Positions 11,511 through 26,013 of a DNA stretch of 64,000 bases are shown piece by piece. This DNA comes from Octopus vulgaris (Eukaryota): NCBI GenBank assembly GCA_951406725.2, contig OX597814.1:60698001-60762000 (forward strand), given 5' to 3'. Within the stretch, counting starts at the first letter, position 1. The number at the start of each line of letters is the position of its first letter. A program made the position numbers and the translations under genes. The notes beneath the pieces are model-generated. The model did no database searches. It was not told where the DNA came from and saw only the letters and a program-made list of their open reading frames with translations.

Positions 11511-12443
11511 CATAAAATGAATTTACATTAGTATGTTTAATAAACATACATTTAGTTTTGCAAATGTGAAAAAGGTGGGGGGGAAAACAAGACAGAAAAA
11601 GCAAATAACAAGAAGCAACATAAGTCGAGTTGATAATCAGTCCATTCTGCAGAGACAGCGATGTGGTTTAACTATTGAGTTTATTTACACAGTGAGGCTA
11701 AAAGTATGTTTATCAAACATGCACATGCAAATTTATTGACGGCTATTTAATGCAGTCAGTAAAATCTTCAAGGCTGAAACTTCTAGAAGTCCTGGTCTGG
11801 CCAGTAAAGCTCTCTAAGGGGTGTAAAGCATGGATCCATGAACATGCTATATTGTAGAATGAATGAATGATTTACTCCTGAAGGAGATGGTGAAAACTGC
11901 AATATTATTTTAACCATGTTATCAGGGTCCAGAACTTTTAACACATGTCCTCTTGGGGGCTGCATGGACAAAAAATGAGTTCATAGCTAAGAATGGCAGA
12001 CATGAAGATATGGCATCAAGGCCTGGACAGATTGATCCTGGAGAAATAGACAGCTGCAACATGAGATCATAGAGGGTTACAAGGAGTGGAGGTCTCGTCT
12101 GAGAGTCACTGCCTTTTAGCCATAGGAATGGCATACTCAGTCATTCATGCATTCATATATACTTGTGTGTGTGTATGTGTGTGTGTGTGTGTGTGTACGT
12201 GTATGTGTATATATATGTATATATACACATACATAGTATAAAATTAATGTGGGCAGCTAGATACTTCAACAATTCAACCAACTAAGCCATCAGATGATGG
12301 CTTAGCTAGCTAAAACTTCAAAGTCACTGTCAACAACATACTTATATAAGAATAATAAATTTGTACTCTACAAAGGTATAGAGTAACCCTTCAGATTAAT
12401 GCAAAACTATTTTAATTATCACTAAACATAAAACAAAGATTAG

Positions 12444-12474
12444 TATATATATATATATATATATATCATCATCA

Positions 12475-12542
<68 letters not shown>

Positions 12543-12764
12543 ACTATATATAAGATATATATATATATATACATCATATATATATATATATATATATATA
12601 TCATCACATATATATATATATATATATATCATATATACATCATCTATATATATATATATATATATCATCATCATCATATATATATATATATATATATATC
12701 ATCATCATCATATATATATATATATATATATATCATCACATCTCAATATATATATATATATATA

Positions 12765-12800
<36 letters not shown>
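12444..12800. repeat. Mosaic (TA)n/(CAT)n/(CA)n microsatellite
   Basis: Direct reading. Confidence 0.9.
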
Positions 12801-12802
<2 letters not shown>

Positions 12803-12859
12803 TAATGGCGGTACATCAGCATGGCCACAGCTCTGAGCTGAAACTACAGAAAAACAAAG

Positions 12860-12912
<53 letters not shown>

Positions 12913-12915
<3 letters not shown>

Positions 12916-13019
12916 GAGGAATGTATGAAAAGTTTTGAGCCTTCAAGGACTTTCAGCCTTGAAGTCTTGTACCATGTTTTGTTTTTTTCAGGCTGAAAAC
13001 TTTTCATACACCCCTCGTC
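12913..13019. mobile_element. ~105 bp mariner-type MITE
   Basis: TIRs cgaggaatgtatgaaaagttttgagcct / aggctgaaaacttttcatacacccctcg, embedded in (TA)n. Confidence 0.75.
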
Positions 13020-14033
13020 TATATATATATATACTAGCTTAAAAGCCTCGCTCTGTATAGACTTTTAAACTAGTTCCTGCAGAGGGCTAAGAAGTGCTAA
13101 ATAGCATGAGTATAATGTGTCCATAATGACTGATAGTGTTTGATCAGAGATTAAGGATAGATGAGACTTAATTATGTTATGCAATCATTCTACTGTTCCA
13201 GTCCAAAGTTGAATTCCAAATGTTGGCCAATTTTTTCCAAGCTCTTATCTCAATGGAAAATTACAGCGAATGTCATTTGTCTCCCCACTGATCTCTGATG
13301 TCATCTGACAAAACATGAACCAAGATAGCATGAATCATCCAAGCTTTACCTGTTAAAAATAGCAACCCAAATGTTTTTTAAATTAGATCCCAATGTTGGA
13401 TATCCAAGAACCAAATGAATGGCAAATTTTCAATCCTGAGGTCATCCTGATTCCAAAAAGGTATAATGTGTCTACATAGAGCAAATGTAGACCGAGATAC
13501 AGGGGTCCCGGAGAGTCAGACATAATTTTGCATTATTATTACAGATATATGTCTATGAATATATCTTGTGATCACGTGACTGACCAGTCCATCAGATGTA
13601 GTTACACATTGCTGGTCACAATGCGTTCGCATTGTTTTAGCCTTCGAATGACGCCACCCCATTATATATATATAATTATTATTATTATTATTATGATGAT
13701 GATGATGATGATGATGCAGGCAGGCAGAAAGCTATACACAGTATAAAACCAAAAAGGAAAAATTCAATTGTCACTAATTGTAACCAAAGGTACTGTGTCG
13801 CATCTTGCTAGAAATAAGAGTTATCTCTCCCGTCAGTATATGAAAATGTGCTTTCTTGTAGCTCTAAGGGCTTTTAACTCTTATTTCCTATTTCTAGGAA
13901 TATAGGTGCTAGCTGGCACTTTCAGTCACAAGTATTGACAATTGAATTTTTCTTATATATACACACATGCTCCTGAGATGAAGGCCTGGGTTTTCCTTAT
14001 CTCTTAATTATTATACGTGATATATATATATAT

Positions 14034-14988
14034 ATATAATTAGTGAATGGAAGAAATGGAGTTGAACGAAGATTGTACAGAATTCCTTTTATTACATTCT
14101 ACACATGTTTCAAAGGCCACAATTTTCCAAATTCTGATTAAATAAGGATACCATATTGCAGCTTTCTCTTCAGGAAAAACCAGGAATTACGTTGTCAGAA
14201 CAAAACAAAACAAAGGCGCAGCAGAGCAATTCGAACGAGGACGTCTCCTTAAGAGCCCATGGGTAAAATGTTTATCAATGTACGTTGAAATCGGGGGGTT
14301 GGTGGGGGCCGACAAAAAGGTCCGTTGGAATAAATCCAGGTCAGGCCTCGGTCAAATCTAGTAGGTGAGGAATTAATGAGAACAAGGGGTGTGGAGATGT
14401 TCTGTATGACCAAAGTTAATGTTCTGAATATTTTAAGAATTCAGGGTGTATTTTTTAGGTGCGAGACAATACCTACCTAAAAGCATGTGTGTGTATACTA
14501 GCCTATGTGTGCGCCGCCGTATATTGGTGAGGGGCGCTAGATAATGAGCACTGCTGAAAAAAGCCTGTCAGGCGGCTGAAATAATTCTGTGTTCGTGTGT
14601 CCGTCTGTGGCCTGCTTGTCTAAAAATTATCCTCGTCAAAGAATCAGGGGGGTATATAATTCCAGCGCTTGCTTCTAAAAAACCGACCAATCGCCTAAGG
14701 GGAGTAATTTCCCCTTGCAAGAGTTATTCAGAGATTTTTTTTTAATTTTTTCAAAAATTATTTTCATTTGAAACATGTGTAGAATGTAATAAAAGGAATT
14801 CTGTACAATCTTCGTTCAACTCCATTTCTTCCATTCACTAATTATATTAAACTTCAATTATCCGCGACAACGCACGGTTGCAACACCATATGGTCATATC
14901 TCCAACCGTGTTTTTTCTGCTGTGATTTTTGCTACCCAGGTATCGTTTAAATTTTTGAATAATCCGTAACAAGATAATTCATCTTTCC

Positions 14989-14991
<3 letters not shown>
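14034..14991 (-). mobile_element. pLTR-only relic of a related Naiad PLE subfamily with an inverted partial pLTR
   Basis: 14034-~14730 is colinear with the pLTR of the 1-4137 element (shared blocks aagagcccatgg, ggtcaggc, agatgttct, cccttgca). 14034-14114 is inverted at 14767-14847. (TA)n on both sides. Confidence 0.85.
14097..14176 (-). ncRNA. Type I hammerhead ribozyme (homolog of 3997-4076)
   Basis: Minus strand: ttc-CTGAAGA-gaaagctgcaat...attgtggccttt-GAAA-CATGTG-TA|gaa. Confidence 0.75.
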
Positions 14992-15029
<38 letters not shown>

Positions 15030-15718
15030 CACATAAGCAAAGACAGGTGAAAAGCATTTGTGAGTCACTGCATCAATGATGTTTCTTTTGCTCCATTATA
15101 TATTGTGTTTTTAACACAACAAATGTATATATAATATATAAAATAGAGATGTCTGTGTATTTGCTTTTCACATGAAAACATCTTCACCAGTTGCTTCCAT
15201 ACTTGTGATGCATGAATAATTTGGCCTCCGACAAATGTTAGGTTCTTCATTTGATTTTTTTCATTAAAAATAAATAATATTGGTTTATATATATATGATT
15301 CACTTCTTTAAAAAAAGTTTTCTCAATGTCAACATCCGGTATTGACATAGCAATGACAAAAACCTTTACTCTCTATTTTTATGTTTTCATTTCAAGTTTT
15401 AATTCACTATTTGCAAACAACTACGATAAATTACTGAAATAAATATTTACTAAGTTCACAAATTTAAACATTCCGTACAAGAACTTTTATTTATACGACT
15501 TTTTCATTTCATGTTTATTTCATTCATTGTTCGCAATATTCTCTTTCACCCTCTCTCTCTCACACATGCAAGTCAGTCACACATGCACACGTGTGGTTTT
15601 GTAAGTATGTTTGTATACATTTAAGTATGTGAATGTTTGGAAGAGAGTGAGTGAGTCAAGGGGTGCATTGTCATGTATATGTATATACATAAATATATAT
15701 GCACACATCATTTTTGTA

Positions 15719-15776
<58 letters not shown>

Positions 15777-15800
15777 ACAGAGAGAGTGATGTCCAAGTGG

Positions 15801-15844
<44 letters not shown>

Positions 15845-16199
15845 CAAACACAGAGAAAAAGATGTATGCATATTTACTTATGTATGTATTCACAACAACA
15901 CACCCCTTCTCTCTCTCACACACACACGTGCATTTCATCTGATGTTTGATACTCTCTATGTGTCTGTGCATGGGCATTCCACAATCTCTATTTATTTCAA
16001 GTACAATTTAGTTGAATGAATTGAACCTAGGACTTCTATTTTTTTAAAGCCTGGTACTTATCCTATCGGTCTCTTTTGCTGAACCACTAAGTTACAGGGA
16101 TGTAGACATGCCAACACAAGTTGTCAAGCAGTGATAGGAGACAATCATAGACACACAAAGACATATATAAATGTATGTATGTATGTATATAAATGTATA

Positions 16200-16236
<37 letters not shown>

Positions 16237-16391
16237 AATGGGCTTCTTTCAGTTACAATCTACTGAATCCACTCACAAGGTTTTGGTCAGTCCAAGGCTA
16301 ATGGTGCCATACAATGGGACTGAACCCAGAACCATAAGGTTGGGAAGCAAGCTTCTTACCACTTAGTCACTCTGGTACCTCTCTCTCTCTT

Positions 16392-16437
<46 letters not shown>

Positions 16438-16829
16438 TATATCTGTGCCTGTATGTGTGTGTCTGTTTGTCTTTGAGTTATATTTGTCCACCACTGCTTG
16501 ACAACTGGTGTTAGTTTGTTTTGCATATATCTTTACAACTTAGCAATTCGGCTAAAAAATACTTATAGAATAAGCACCAATACAATAAAATAAAATAATA
16601 ATAATAAAATAAAGAAGAAACTGGAAACAATTTGCTTGACTAAAACCTTTCAAGCCATTGCCCCAGTATGGCTGCAGTCCAATGACTGAAACAAATAAAA
16701 CGAAAATGGTGAAAAGATTACTAAGGGAATTTGAATTTTACCTTTACTGTTAGTTTTATATGTCATCAGTCAGATATTTATTTTCATTTATGACTACTGT
16801 ACATTGTCTATGTGTTTATTCTAGCACTA

Positions 16830-17280
16830 TACTATGTTATAAGAATTACTTTGCTTCCATCATTCTACCCTCTATTCTTAAGTACAATTCTATAGTGTGT
16901 AAATCTATTATTCTATAATGTTTTCCTCGTTCTGATTGGTGGTGTGTGGAGTAATGCACTGCAACTTTTCTTTGTGATAAGTACATGGTGCAATGTACAG
17001 GCAATATAATAGCTGATGTCATGAGGTTTACAACTTTTACATTAGCAATTGAATTTATAAAACACATTGGTCATTAGCAGCTTGTTCTCAAGTTTGCATG
17101 CTTGTGATTTGCTATTGATAAAGGGTTTTTCTCTTTTAAAATTCCAGTGCTTTTGTTGCGTATTATTAGTGTTAATTATGTGATTTGGTGTGAAGCATTG
17201 TTTAGTTTCACAAGATCTCTGTTGATGTGTTCATCTATTATACAGTTAGCATGTATTTGATTCATAAAACATAGTCTGTG
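16830..17280 (-). pseudogene. Highly decayed Penelope/Poseidon-type GIY-YIG fragment
   Basis: Minus-strand TNVFYKFNC*CKSC...SYYIACT resembles VVYKFxC...YIGxT; later MMEAK resembles the conserved Glu motif. Confidence 0.4.
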
Positions 17281-18580
17281 TGCCGTTTGTGTATCTTTAA
17301 TAGGTGTAGTTAGTAATATTCACTGTGTTGTATTTCTTCCTATATACATGCATGTATATGTGTATGTATGTGTGCATATGTGGGCATGTGTATGTGTATC
17401 AATATATACACATGCAATATAGATAGATACACATACATGCACTTGATTGTGTGCGTGTTCATACTCATTTATATACAACATGCCTACTAAGATTGAGAAC
17501 TGAAGAAGGGAACAAGAAGAGGATGAATGTTTTTAGTGAGGAAAGATTGAAGGGAATGGGTTGAAAAAGTATGAATGGCATAAGGAAAGTGAGAAGTGCA
17601 TGCGTGCGTGAGTGTGTGTGTGTGTCTGCACACGTGCAAACAATGGATCAGCTGATTTTAACTACTGAGTAAAGATCAAAAGAACTGCTTTGCTACTGCA
17701 GTTTCACACAAACACACTGCTACACTTGTAATTATTTTCTCGTTGTCACCCCACCCCCAACAATCCACCCACTTACACAGCCCTATCATTTATTTTTAAC
17801 CACCTTGATATTGTTATTTCTCCCTTCCAGCCCCTCTCCTACTTTTGTTTTACTTCTTGATTTCACCAGCTCCTTTCTGCTACTCTTGCTCTTAATTGTT
17901 CTCAATGTTTATGTTTGTCTCCAATTTGTCTTTGTTACTCTTATAATTACTGTAGTTGATGCATTTGTTATTTTCCCTCCGGCTTGCTAATCTTGTTGCC
18001 ATTATTATTGTTGTTACTAAAAGGTGTTACCTCCCCTTTACAACACCATTTACTATACTGTTATTGTGTAACCCCAAAGTGAGCATTAATCAAGCAGTGC
18101 TACGGTGTGCATGAAGTTAATTGAACAAGGGAGCAGCATGACACACAGTTTCATTTTCTCAGTTATACCCAGTTAACTGCAACAAGCTGAGCATCATACT
18201 GCACATCCCAACATGCAGCAATAATCCTACAAGATGCAATACAGCAATCAGAACACACCAGATTATATCCAAATGAAACAATGGATTAAGTAAGTGCTAC
18301 TTTAAGTTTCATGTTGGAGTGTTTGTACAATAGAGGCAAAGGAAGAGTGTGAAACATCATCTGTGCATAGCATCTGTATGTTTCATGCAAGTATGGGGAA
18401 GTCAAGTAGGAATAGATTGAACAGAGTAGATTTCTGTAGTTGCACCATTCAGAAAATTGCTGGCTCTGAAAGCATTGTTCTTATATACTGCATAGGCTTG
18501 GTAACATGGCACTTAGTTTGGGAACCAGTGTTTTACATTGTTTCTTAGCATAATGATGAACAACTTTGCCAATCTGCAAA

Positions 18581-18904
18581 TGTCCATGACTCCTAGAGAG
18601 TTATCTCACCTGTCCACGACTCTAAGGTGTCTTTACACCCAGTGCTTCAAGAGAATATTCTCCACCATGCCAATAACAGCTTACTAGCAAATACATGTGA
18701 TTGATAATATTTATTACACTCATGCTGGTTTTGTTTTATATTTAAATTTATTTCTTACATATGGTGAAACATCAGTGTCCATCACTCCTAGATTGGATTG
18801 AAGGTGAGTTATCTTGCCACTCCATAACTCTAAGGTGTCTTTACACCCTGTGCTTTGAGAGAATATTCTCCACCACGCTAATAGCAGCTTACCAGCAAAT
18901 ACAT
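18581..18904 (+). repeat. Local duplication (~120 bp; 18581-18696 and 18776-18904)
   Basis: tgtccat...ctctaaggtgtctttacaccc...agagaatattctccacca...agcaaatacat occurs twice. Confidence 0.85.
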
Positions 18905-20264
18905 CAAGCATATTCATTGAGTATATGTGGTTGATAAAATGTATCTATAAGTGTGTGTATGTGTGTGTGTTCCTACCACAAGCACAAGGCCTGAATTGTT
19001 TTTTTGTTAGTGGGGAGGCTAGTCAATTACATGAAGCACAATGATCACCTGGTACTTATTTTACTGACTCCAAAAGTATGAAAAGCAAAGATGACCTCAG
19101 CGGAATTTGAATGCAAAACATAAAGCCAGAAGAAATGCTGCTAAACTTTTCTGTCCATCATGCTAATATTCCTGCAAGCTCACCATCTTTATGATATCTG
19201 TATATCGAATGTATCACCGTCATTATCATCATCATTACCATCATTGTTTTAATATCCCACTTTTACATGCTTGAATGTGTCACACAAAATTGACCGAGGC
19301 AGATTTTCTATGGCCAAATGCTCTTCCAGTCACCAATCCTCATCTCTTACCAAGGAAAGTAGTGTTTCCCTTAATCCTTCAAATAGGAACAGCATGAAGA
19401 CCAGACAAGTTTTCAGAGAAGATTGCAAACAAACAACCATCACTGTTACACTGCTTATATAACAGTGTCACTTATTTACGACTAGCACATGATATCAAGA
19501 CAAAAAAAAACATGAACACACGTACACACATATATGCACGAAAAAGAGGCTTCTTTTCAGTTTACCTCAACCAAATCCACTCACAAGGCTTTGGTCAGCC
19601 TGAAGTTATTGCCTGTAGAAGACACTTGCTTATGATGTCATGCAGTGCTTCAATCCCACTATACAGCCTCTTAAGCATTTTTTTTTTTTTTTTTGTGTGT
19701 ATGTAATTAAACCTCTTCTGTTGTGAAAGGATCTGTCTAATCTGATTTAGTTATAATTTGGAATACTGATAATTCTGTGTTCAGGCAGTAAAAATGTTTC
19801 CTAAATAATTGTTACATGCATGTCATGGATGATTATAAAATCTTTTAGTTCCATTAATGTGATTCTGCAGAAATTTTAGATTTTTGAATCATGTTCACAA
19901 GGTTTATTATTTTGTGTGTAATGCATTTTTTTTTAAATGTATTCCTTATGAATATGTGACATTAGAAAGGGAGATTGTAACAAACCCATGCTAGCATGGA
20001 AAACGGACGCTAAACGACGACGATGATGATGATGATGATGATTTCCTGACTGTATCATTGCTGTTGTATCTAAAGTCAACCATTACTTTTTCGTATAAAG
20101 TCATGCATTTTGCTAGAGGTATTTATTAACTATATTGTTGGCATTTGTATAAATAGTTTGTAGACATTTTTGTAGTGGTTTTAGAATCTGCTTTATGTGG
20201 ATCTGTGTCCTCTTCTGATGGCATTTGCACATGCTGAGAGAAATAATTTCACATATTGGGTAAA

Positions 20265-20596
20265 GCGTAAAGGCCTCCTTCTGTCATGAACGACCACAAG
20301 ATTGCACCTAGAAAGTTACCCTTCGAGGCACAAATCTGGGCAAAGTTGTTTTATGGAAGGCCAGCAGTTTCCCATGCATACCAGCCTCCCCTCTCCACAC
20401 CACTGATGTTATCCAAGGGAAAGGCAAGGCTGATACAGCTTGGCACCAGTGATACCACAACTCATTTCTACAGCTTAGCGAACTGGAGCAACATGAAATA
20501 AAGTGTCTTGCTCAAGAACAACAACACACAGCCTGGTCCAGGAATCAAACTCACTAACTCATTACTGTGAACCCAACACTCTAACCACTGCGCCAT
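20265..20596 (-). mobile_element. tRNA-derived SINE
   Basis: Minus-strand head tggcgcagtggttagagtg...gagtttgattcc followed by ttgagcaagacacttta. Confidence 0.7.
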
Positions 20597-20827
20597 CAAA
20601 AATTTATCATTCAACACACATTCTTACTATAGCCATTTTCTCTTCATTTCTGCCATAATATATATTATATTATGTTCAGAATTAATTGAATCAGTATATT
20701 TATACATTTCTGGAAATCTAAGACAGTTCTTGAGGAAGATGTGACTGTAATTTCTTGCAAGCTGAATAACCACATAGAGGTTCCCTATTGCTATTACATC
20801 TGTAGCTTTAACCCCTGTCGGCAGTCA

Positions 20828-20972
20828 CTGCTGCTCTGCTGCTGCTGCTCTGCTGCTGCTGCTCTGCTGCTGCTGCTCTGCTGCTGCTGCTCTGCTGCTG
20901 CTGCTGCTGCTGCTGCTGGTGGTCGTCGTTGTCCTCATCATCGTTGTCACAGCAGCAGCAGCAGCAGCAGTT
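20828..20972. repeat. (CTG)n/(CAG)n trinucleotide tract
   Basis: Direct reading. Confidence 0.9.
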
Positions 20973-21439
20973 GTTTAGCATCAAACCAATCTTGATCCAA
21001 CAGACCATTCATCAAATGCAGTTCAGTTGTGATTGTTCTGTTGTTTTAGAGTATCTAGGACTACATGTATCTAATGTGTCGTTACCTTATTAGAAGATTT
21101 ATTGGTGTGATTTAAGGGTGATACATTGCTATTTATTGCCAGTCAAACAACCCCATAGACACTCTGTCGATGGGATTTTGTGGTTGATGTTGCAATGCCT
21201 GTATCAGTAGCATTTACTGGTTTTTCTTTTTTGGTACTATTGATGGTGCTGTTGTTTATGTTTAATATCACCACCTCACCTATCACTGCCTTAACTCCAC
21301 ACTGACCTCCTTCATTGATTCATCTTAGTCACAGAGATCAATCAAAGCGGCTTCGATGATTTGTAATTTAGAAAACACTAAACTTACAATTAAATTTCTG
21401 CCTTACTCTCCATCACCAAGCTCTCTCTCCCCCACCTCT

Positions 21440-21483
<44 letters not shown>

Positions 21484-21550
21484 CATGCATGTGTGTGTGT
21501 GTGTGTGTGTGTGATGTATACTACAATATATATTACACACATATATATAT

Positions 21551-21715
21551 AGGCACAGGTGTAGCTGTGTGTTAAGAAGCTTGCTTCTTAACCACATAGT
21601 TCCGGTTCAGTCCTACTGTGTGCCACCTTGGGCACATGTCTTCTACAATAGCTTCAAGCCAACCAAAGCCTTGAGAGTGGATTTGGTAGATAGAAACTGA
21701 AAGAAGCCTGTCATG

Positions 21716-21757
<42 letters not shown>

Positions 21758-21945
21758 TTTGTATCTATATTTGCCCTCCCACCATCGCTTGATAACCGAT
21801 GTTGGTGTGTTTACATCCCCATAAATTAGCAGTTCCGCAAAAGAGACTAATAGAATAAGTACTAGGCTTACAAAGAATAAGTCCTGGGGTTGTATTCTTC
21901 AACTAAAAATACTCTTTAAGGCAATGACTGAAACAAGAATAAAAG
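21551..21945 (+). mobile_element. Abundant tRNA-derived SINE with internal (TA)/(TG) tract; other copies ~16010-16380(-), 29047-29210(-), 31085-31460, 31489-31855, 33082-33490, 33515-33941(-), 47305-47640(-), 53312-53545
   Basis: Head ggcacaggtgtggctgtgtggtaagaagcttgcttc...ggttcagtcc, body accttgggcaagtgtcttctactatag, tail gactgaaacaag. Confidence 0.85.
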
Positions 21946-23029
21946 AATACATGTCCATATAAAACAGGTGACCATATCAGAAAGGAAAGCCATCAATAAC
22001 TGCTCCCTTCTCTTTGCTCCTGGCAAGAACAGCTACAAACACATCATACGGTATATTTACACGCAGTGGACAGGGAGACGTATCAAACTACATTCATAAA
22101 TTATCACAAAAATATGAACCAGATACAAGTAATCATCATCATCATTTAATGTCCATTGTCCATGCTGGCATGGATTGGACGGTTTGACCAGGGCTGGCAA
22201 GCTGGAAGGCTGCACCAGACTCCAGTCTGAGTCTGCATGGTTTCTACAGCTGGATGCTCTTCCTAACACTAACCACTCCGAGAGTGTAGAGGGTGCATTT
22301 ACATGCCACTGGCATGGATGTCATTTGCATGACACCAGTATCTGCCATAACTGTGATTTTACTTGGCTTGATGGGTCTTCTTCTCAAGCATAGTATAATG
22401 CCAAAAGTCACAGTCATTTGTCATTGCCTCCATGAGGCCCAACACTCAAAAGGTGCTTTTTACATGCCACCAGCATGGGTGCCAGTTATGTGACACCAGC
22501 ATCAGGAGAGGTCTTCTCAAGCGCAGCATATCACCCCAAAATGTAAACCAAAAATGTATGCCTCTGACAATAGAGGTTTTGCTGTTTCTGTTGGTTTTCT
22601 GCAACAGAAGTTCAATATGAAGTCTCTTCTGTTTGCATCTGACAGAAATTTTAGTTAAAATGCTGTACCAATTTCCATTATGTTGAAAGGGTGTAGACGA
22701 GAAAATTTGATAGCCAAAGCTTCCTCGCATTCTCCTTGCAACAAGTATACATTTATACATTCAAAATATGATGTAATTTGGAACAGTATGTCTCTGGTAG
22801 CAGCAGTCAGAATTTTTAGCTGAAACCTGACAGAAGTCTTTCCCAAAGCACGTAAGAATATATCTAACAAAACCTGATAATATAAATGTTGGTTAATGAC
22901 ATAAGCATAGCACCGCATTTCAAAGAGGTGTGAGTTATAAAGAATTATATCATTTCAAGTATATCATTTAAATTGAAGCAGTTATGTTCTGCTGTATGTG
23001 TGATGTCAGTCTGCTTGTGTGATAGATCA

Positions 23030-23410
23030 TTGGTGTATTGAGAGAGAAGTTGAGCATAAGTGGAATTATATGCAGTGTGTAAGAGAGGAAACTGTGCTGG
23101 TTTGGTCATGTGATGTGGATGTATAAGGACGGTTGCACAAACAAGTGCTGATCACTTAAAGTGGAGGGAAGTTGTGGAAGAGGGGAGAACTAGAAAGACA
23201 TGGAATGAAGTATTGAAAGCCGATCTCAAAACACTGAACCTTATGAAGTAGATGACAGAGAACCGAGATATGAGGTGTACTGCTGCACTTGAGAAGACTC
23301 ACCCACCACAACAGAATCCTAAAATCAGAAATCCTAAAACCAAGGTGCCATGTAAAAAGCATTTGTGTGGGTGCTCATGTCATGTAAAATTTACTGGTTC
23401 CACATAAAAA
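23030..23410 (+). mobile_element. RTE LINE 3' fragment
   Basis: LREKL...LCWFGHVMWM...VEGSCGRG followed by the same 3' UTR motif (gtgccatgtaaaaagca). Confidence 0.7.
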
Positions 23411-24837
23411 ACACTGGTGAGGCTGTAGTAGAAGACACTCATCAAAGGTGTCACACAGTGAAACTGAACCTGGAACCATGTGGGTTGGAAAGCAAGATTC
23501 GTACCACACAGCCACACCTGTACCTATAATGAAAGCCTTTTTAGAAAGCTCAAATTTATCTCCAACTGTTTGAATACTTATTTACATGAAATAGATCTAT
23601 TGATTCAATGCTAAGACATGATCAACTATGCAATCATATAATATTTGGGTTACTACTGTGATTGGGTAATTCAATTAGGCTCCAACTGAGCTAATCAAAT
23701 ATTTAATACTAGATGAGTTCAACATAAAGACATTGTTAAAGTGTCAATCAGGTGTTGTGATTATAAAGCAGGAAATCCATCATCATTATTATCTTCAACT
23801 TCATCAACATTTAATGTCTAATTTTACATGCTGGCATGGGTTAGACAACTTGACAGTAACTGGCAAGGCCAGGGGCCACACCAGGTTCTGTTGTCTATTC
23901 TGGTTTGATTTTACAGCTGGATGCCCTTCCTAATAATAACAGAGTGTACTGGGTACCTTTTACATGGCACCAGCACTCACACCAATGCTTTTTTGTGACA
24001 TCTTAGTTTTAGGATCTCAATTCTGTTATTAAAAAATCACAATTTTGATTCTTCAAATTTCAGATCCATATGTGACTTACTTGTTTACTCTTTTACTAAT
24101 TTTGATCTTCAGACTACAGGTATGCATGAGCACCAGCTGTCTCCTTATTTTATTGAAGTTCATTAGTCAGCTCTAGATTTACCCAAACTCTGTCCCTTTT
24201 AGAGAGGTTTTTTTTTTTATAGACTTTGATACAACATATAAATTACACAGGCTTACACACACATACACACACACAAATTTCTACATATATCTACTATGGG
24301 CTTTTGACACAGCTTCAACCTTACAAATTTCACTTGAAAGGTTTTAATCAACATAAATCTTATGATAACAGATTATATGTAGCCGGAATATTCAGCAATC
24401 ACCTGATGTTGCAATTCGCATGTGATCAACAAAATCTGACCAATCACGACTTTGCATGGGATAGGCTCCAGTGAAGATTTAATTTTTTACTGTGCTTCTT
24501 TCTGAACCTAACCATCAGTATAAATTCACACACTTCTCCTACTTGACAGAAAGCTTTGGGATGTAGCCAAGGGAGCAATGAGAGAGAGCATAGATGAAAT
24601 GGCAAATGGACAGCAAATAGATACAGACAGGTGCTGACAATCACCACCATGAATGATCAACAACACAACCAGCCCCTAACTTTTTGACAGTTATTACAAT
24701 TACACCAAGAAAAATGACATTCGAACTCTCTTCACATTTTGTCATTCGTAATAATGATTGTATTTGTTTTTAATGTACAAAAAGAATAAAAGTTTTGTTT
24801 GTCAAAAATTGCAATCTTTTCCAGGTATCTTTTTCAT

Positions 24838-25572
24838 ACATCATCATCATCGTTTAACGTCCGTTTTCCATGCTAGCATGGGTTGGACGGTTCAACTGGG
24901 GTCTGGGAAGCCAGGAGGCTGCACCAGGCCCAGTCTGATCTGGCAGTGTTTCTACAGCTGCATGTCCTTCCTAATGCCAACCACTCCGAGAGTGTAGTGG
25001 GTGCTTTTTACATACCACCTGCACAGGTGCCAGATGAGGCTGGCAAACGGCCACGATTGGATGGTGCTTTTTACATGCCACCGGCACGGAGGCCAGTCGG
25101 GGCGGAGCTCGCAACGGCCACGTTCGGACGGTTCTCTTACATGCCACTGGCACTGGTATCTCAGCTACAATTTCCATTGACGTTGAAAGATTTCGATTTT
25201 GATTTTCATTTTCATTTTCACTTGCTTCAACAGGTCTTCACAAGTAGGGTTTGTGTCACAAGAAGGAATGGTATGCGTAAGTGGGCTGGCTACGTCCTGC
25301 CGGGTCTTCCCACGCACAGCATACTTCCAAAGGTCTCAGTCTCTGGTCATTTCCTCGGTGAGACCTAAAGTTTGATGGTCGTTCTTCACCACCTAGTCCC
25401 AGGTTTTCCTGGGTCTACCTCTTCCACCAGTTCCCTCAACCACCAGGGTGTGGCACTTTTTCACACAACTATCTTCATCCATTCTCGCTACATGACCATA
25501 CCAGCGCAAACGTCTCTCTTGCACACCACAACTGATGCTTCTTAGGTCCAACTTTTCTCTCAAGGTACTTAC
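24838..25572 (-). mobile_element. 5'-truncated RTE LINE (ORF end + 3' UTR with (TGA)n tail); UTR-only copies at ~6395, 22133, 23800, 37880, 39600, 44020(+), 46110, 49930, 57780
   Basis: Minus-strand RLRWYGHV...GRGRPRKTWD motif, then UTR ending ...aaaacggacgttaaacgatgatgatg. Confidence 0.85.
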
Positions 25573-26013
25573 AGACAGACAAACAGATAAATATAAATAT
25601 ATATATATATATCTTTATCCAAGGAGAGGGACTTAAATCAGAACCATCCATTTGTGATGCACTGTATTTATTGCTAATTAAATTGCATTTTTAACATCAT
25701 TAGGAAAAGTATGCATATCACAACACATCTATGATGATAACAGAACTGACAATATAGTGACAAATACCTCTGGTCACATAAGTTCCAGCAATTTGGTCTC
25801 TTTACAGGAAACACAAAAATGCTTCTCCTTTTACATTGATCAGCTACATTATTAATGATGCACAGTAGTAAAATGAAGTCATGTATGACAGGATTAAAAC
25901 TTAGAGCCTTAAACAACAGAACAGATAATTAATTATACAGACATAGTTAGAACTTAATAGTTAAGCCAACATCAAACCAGCCCAGTTGGATTTCATTAAT
26001 CATTAATTATACT

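Noticed and set aside
16745-16775. Minus-strand CTGATGA downstream of the decayed GIY-YIG
   Set aside because: Position fits a pLTR HHR but GAAA and stem II are not intact; too degenerate to call.
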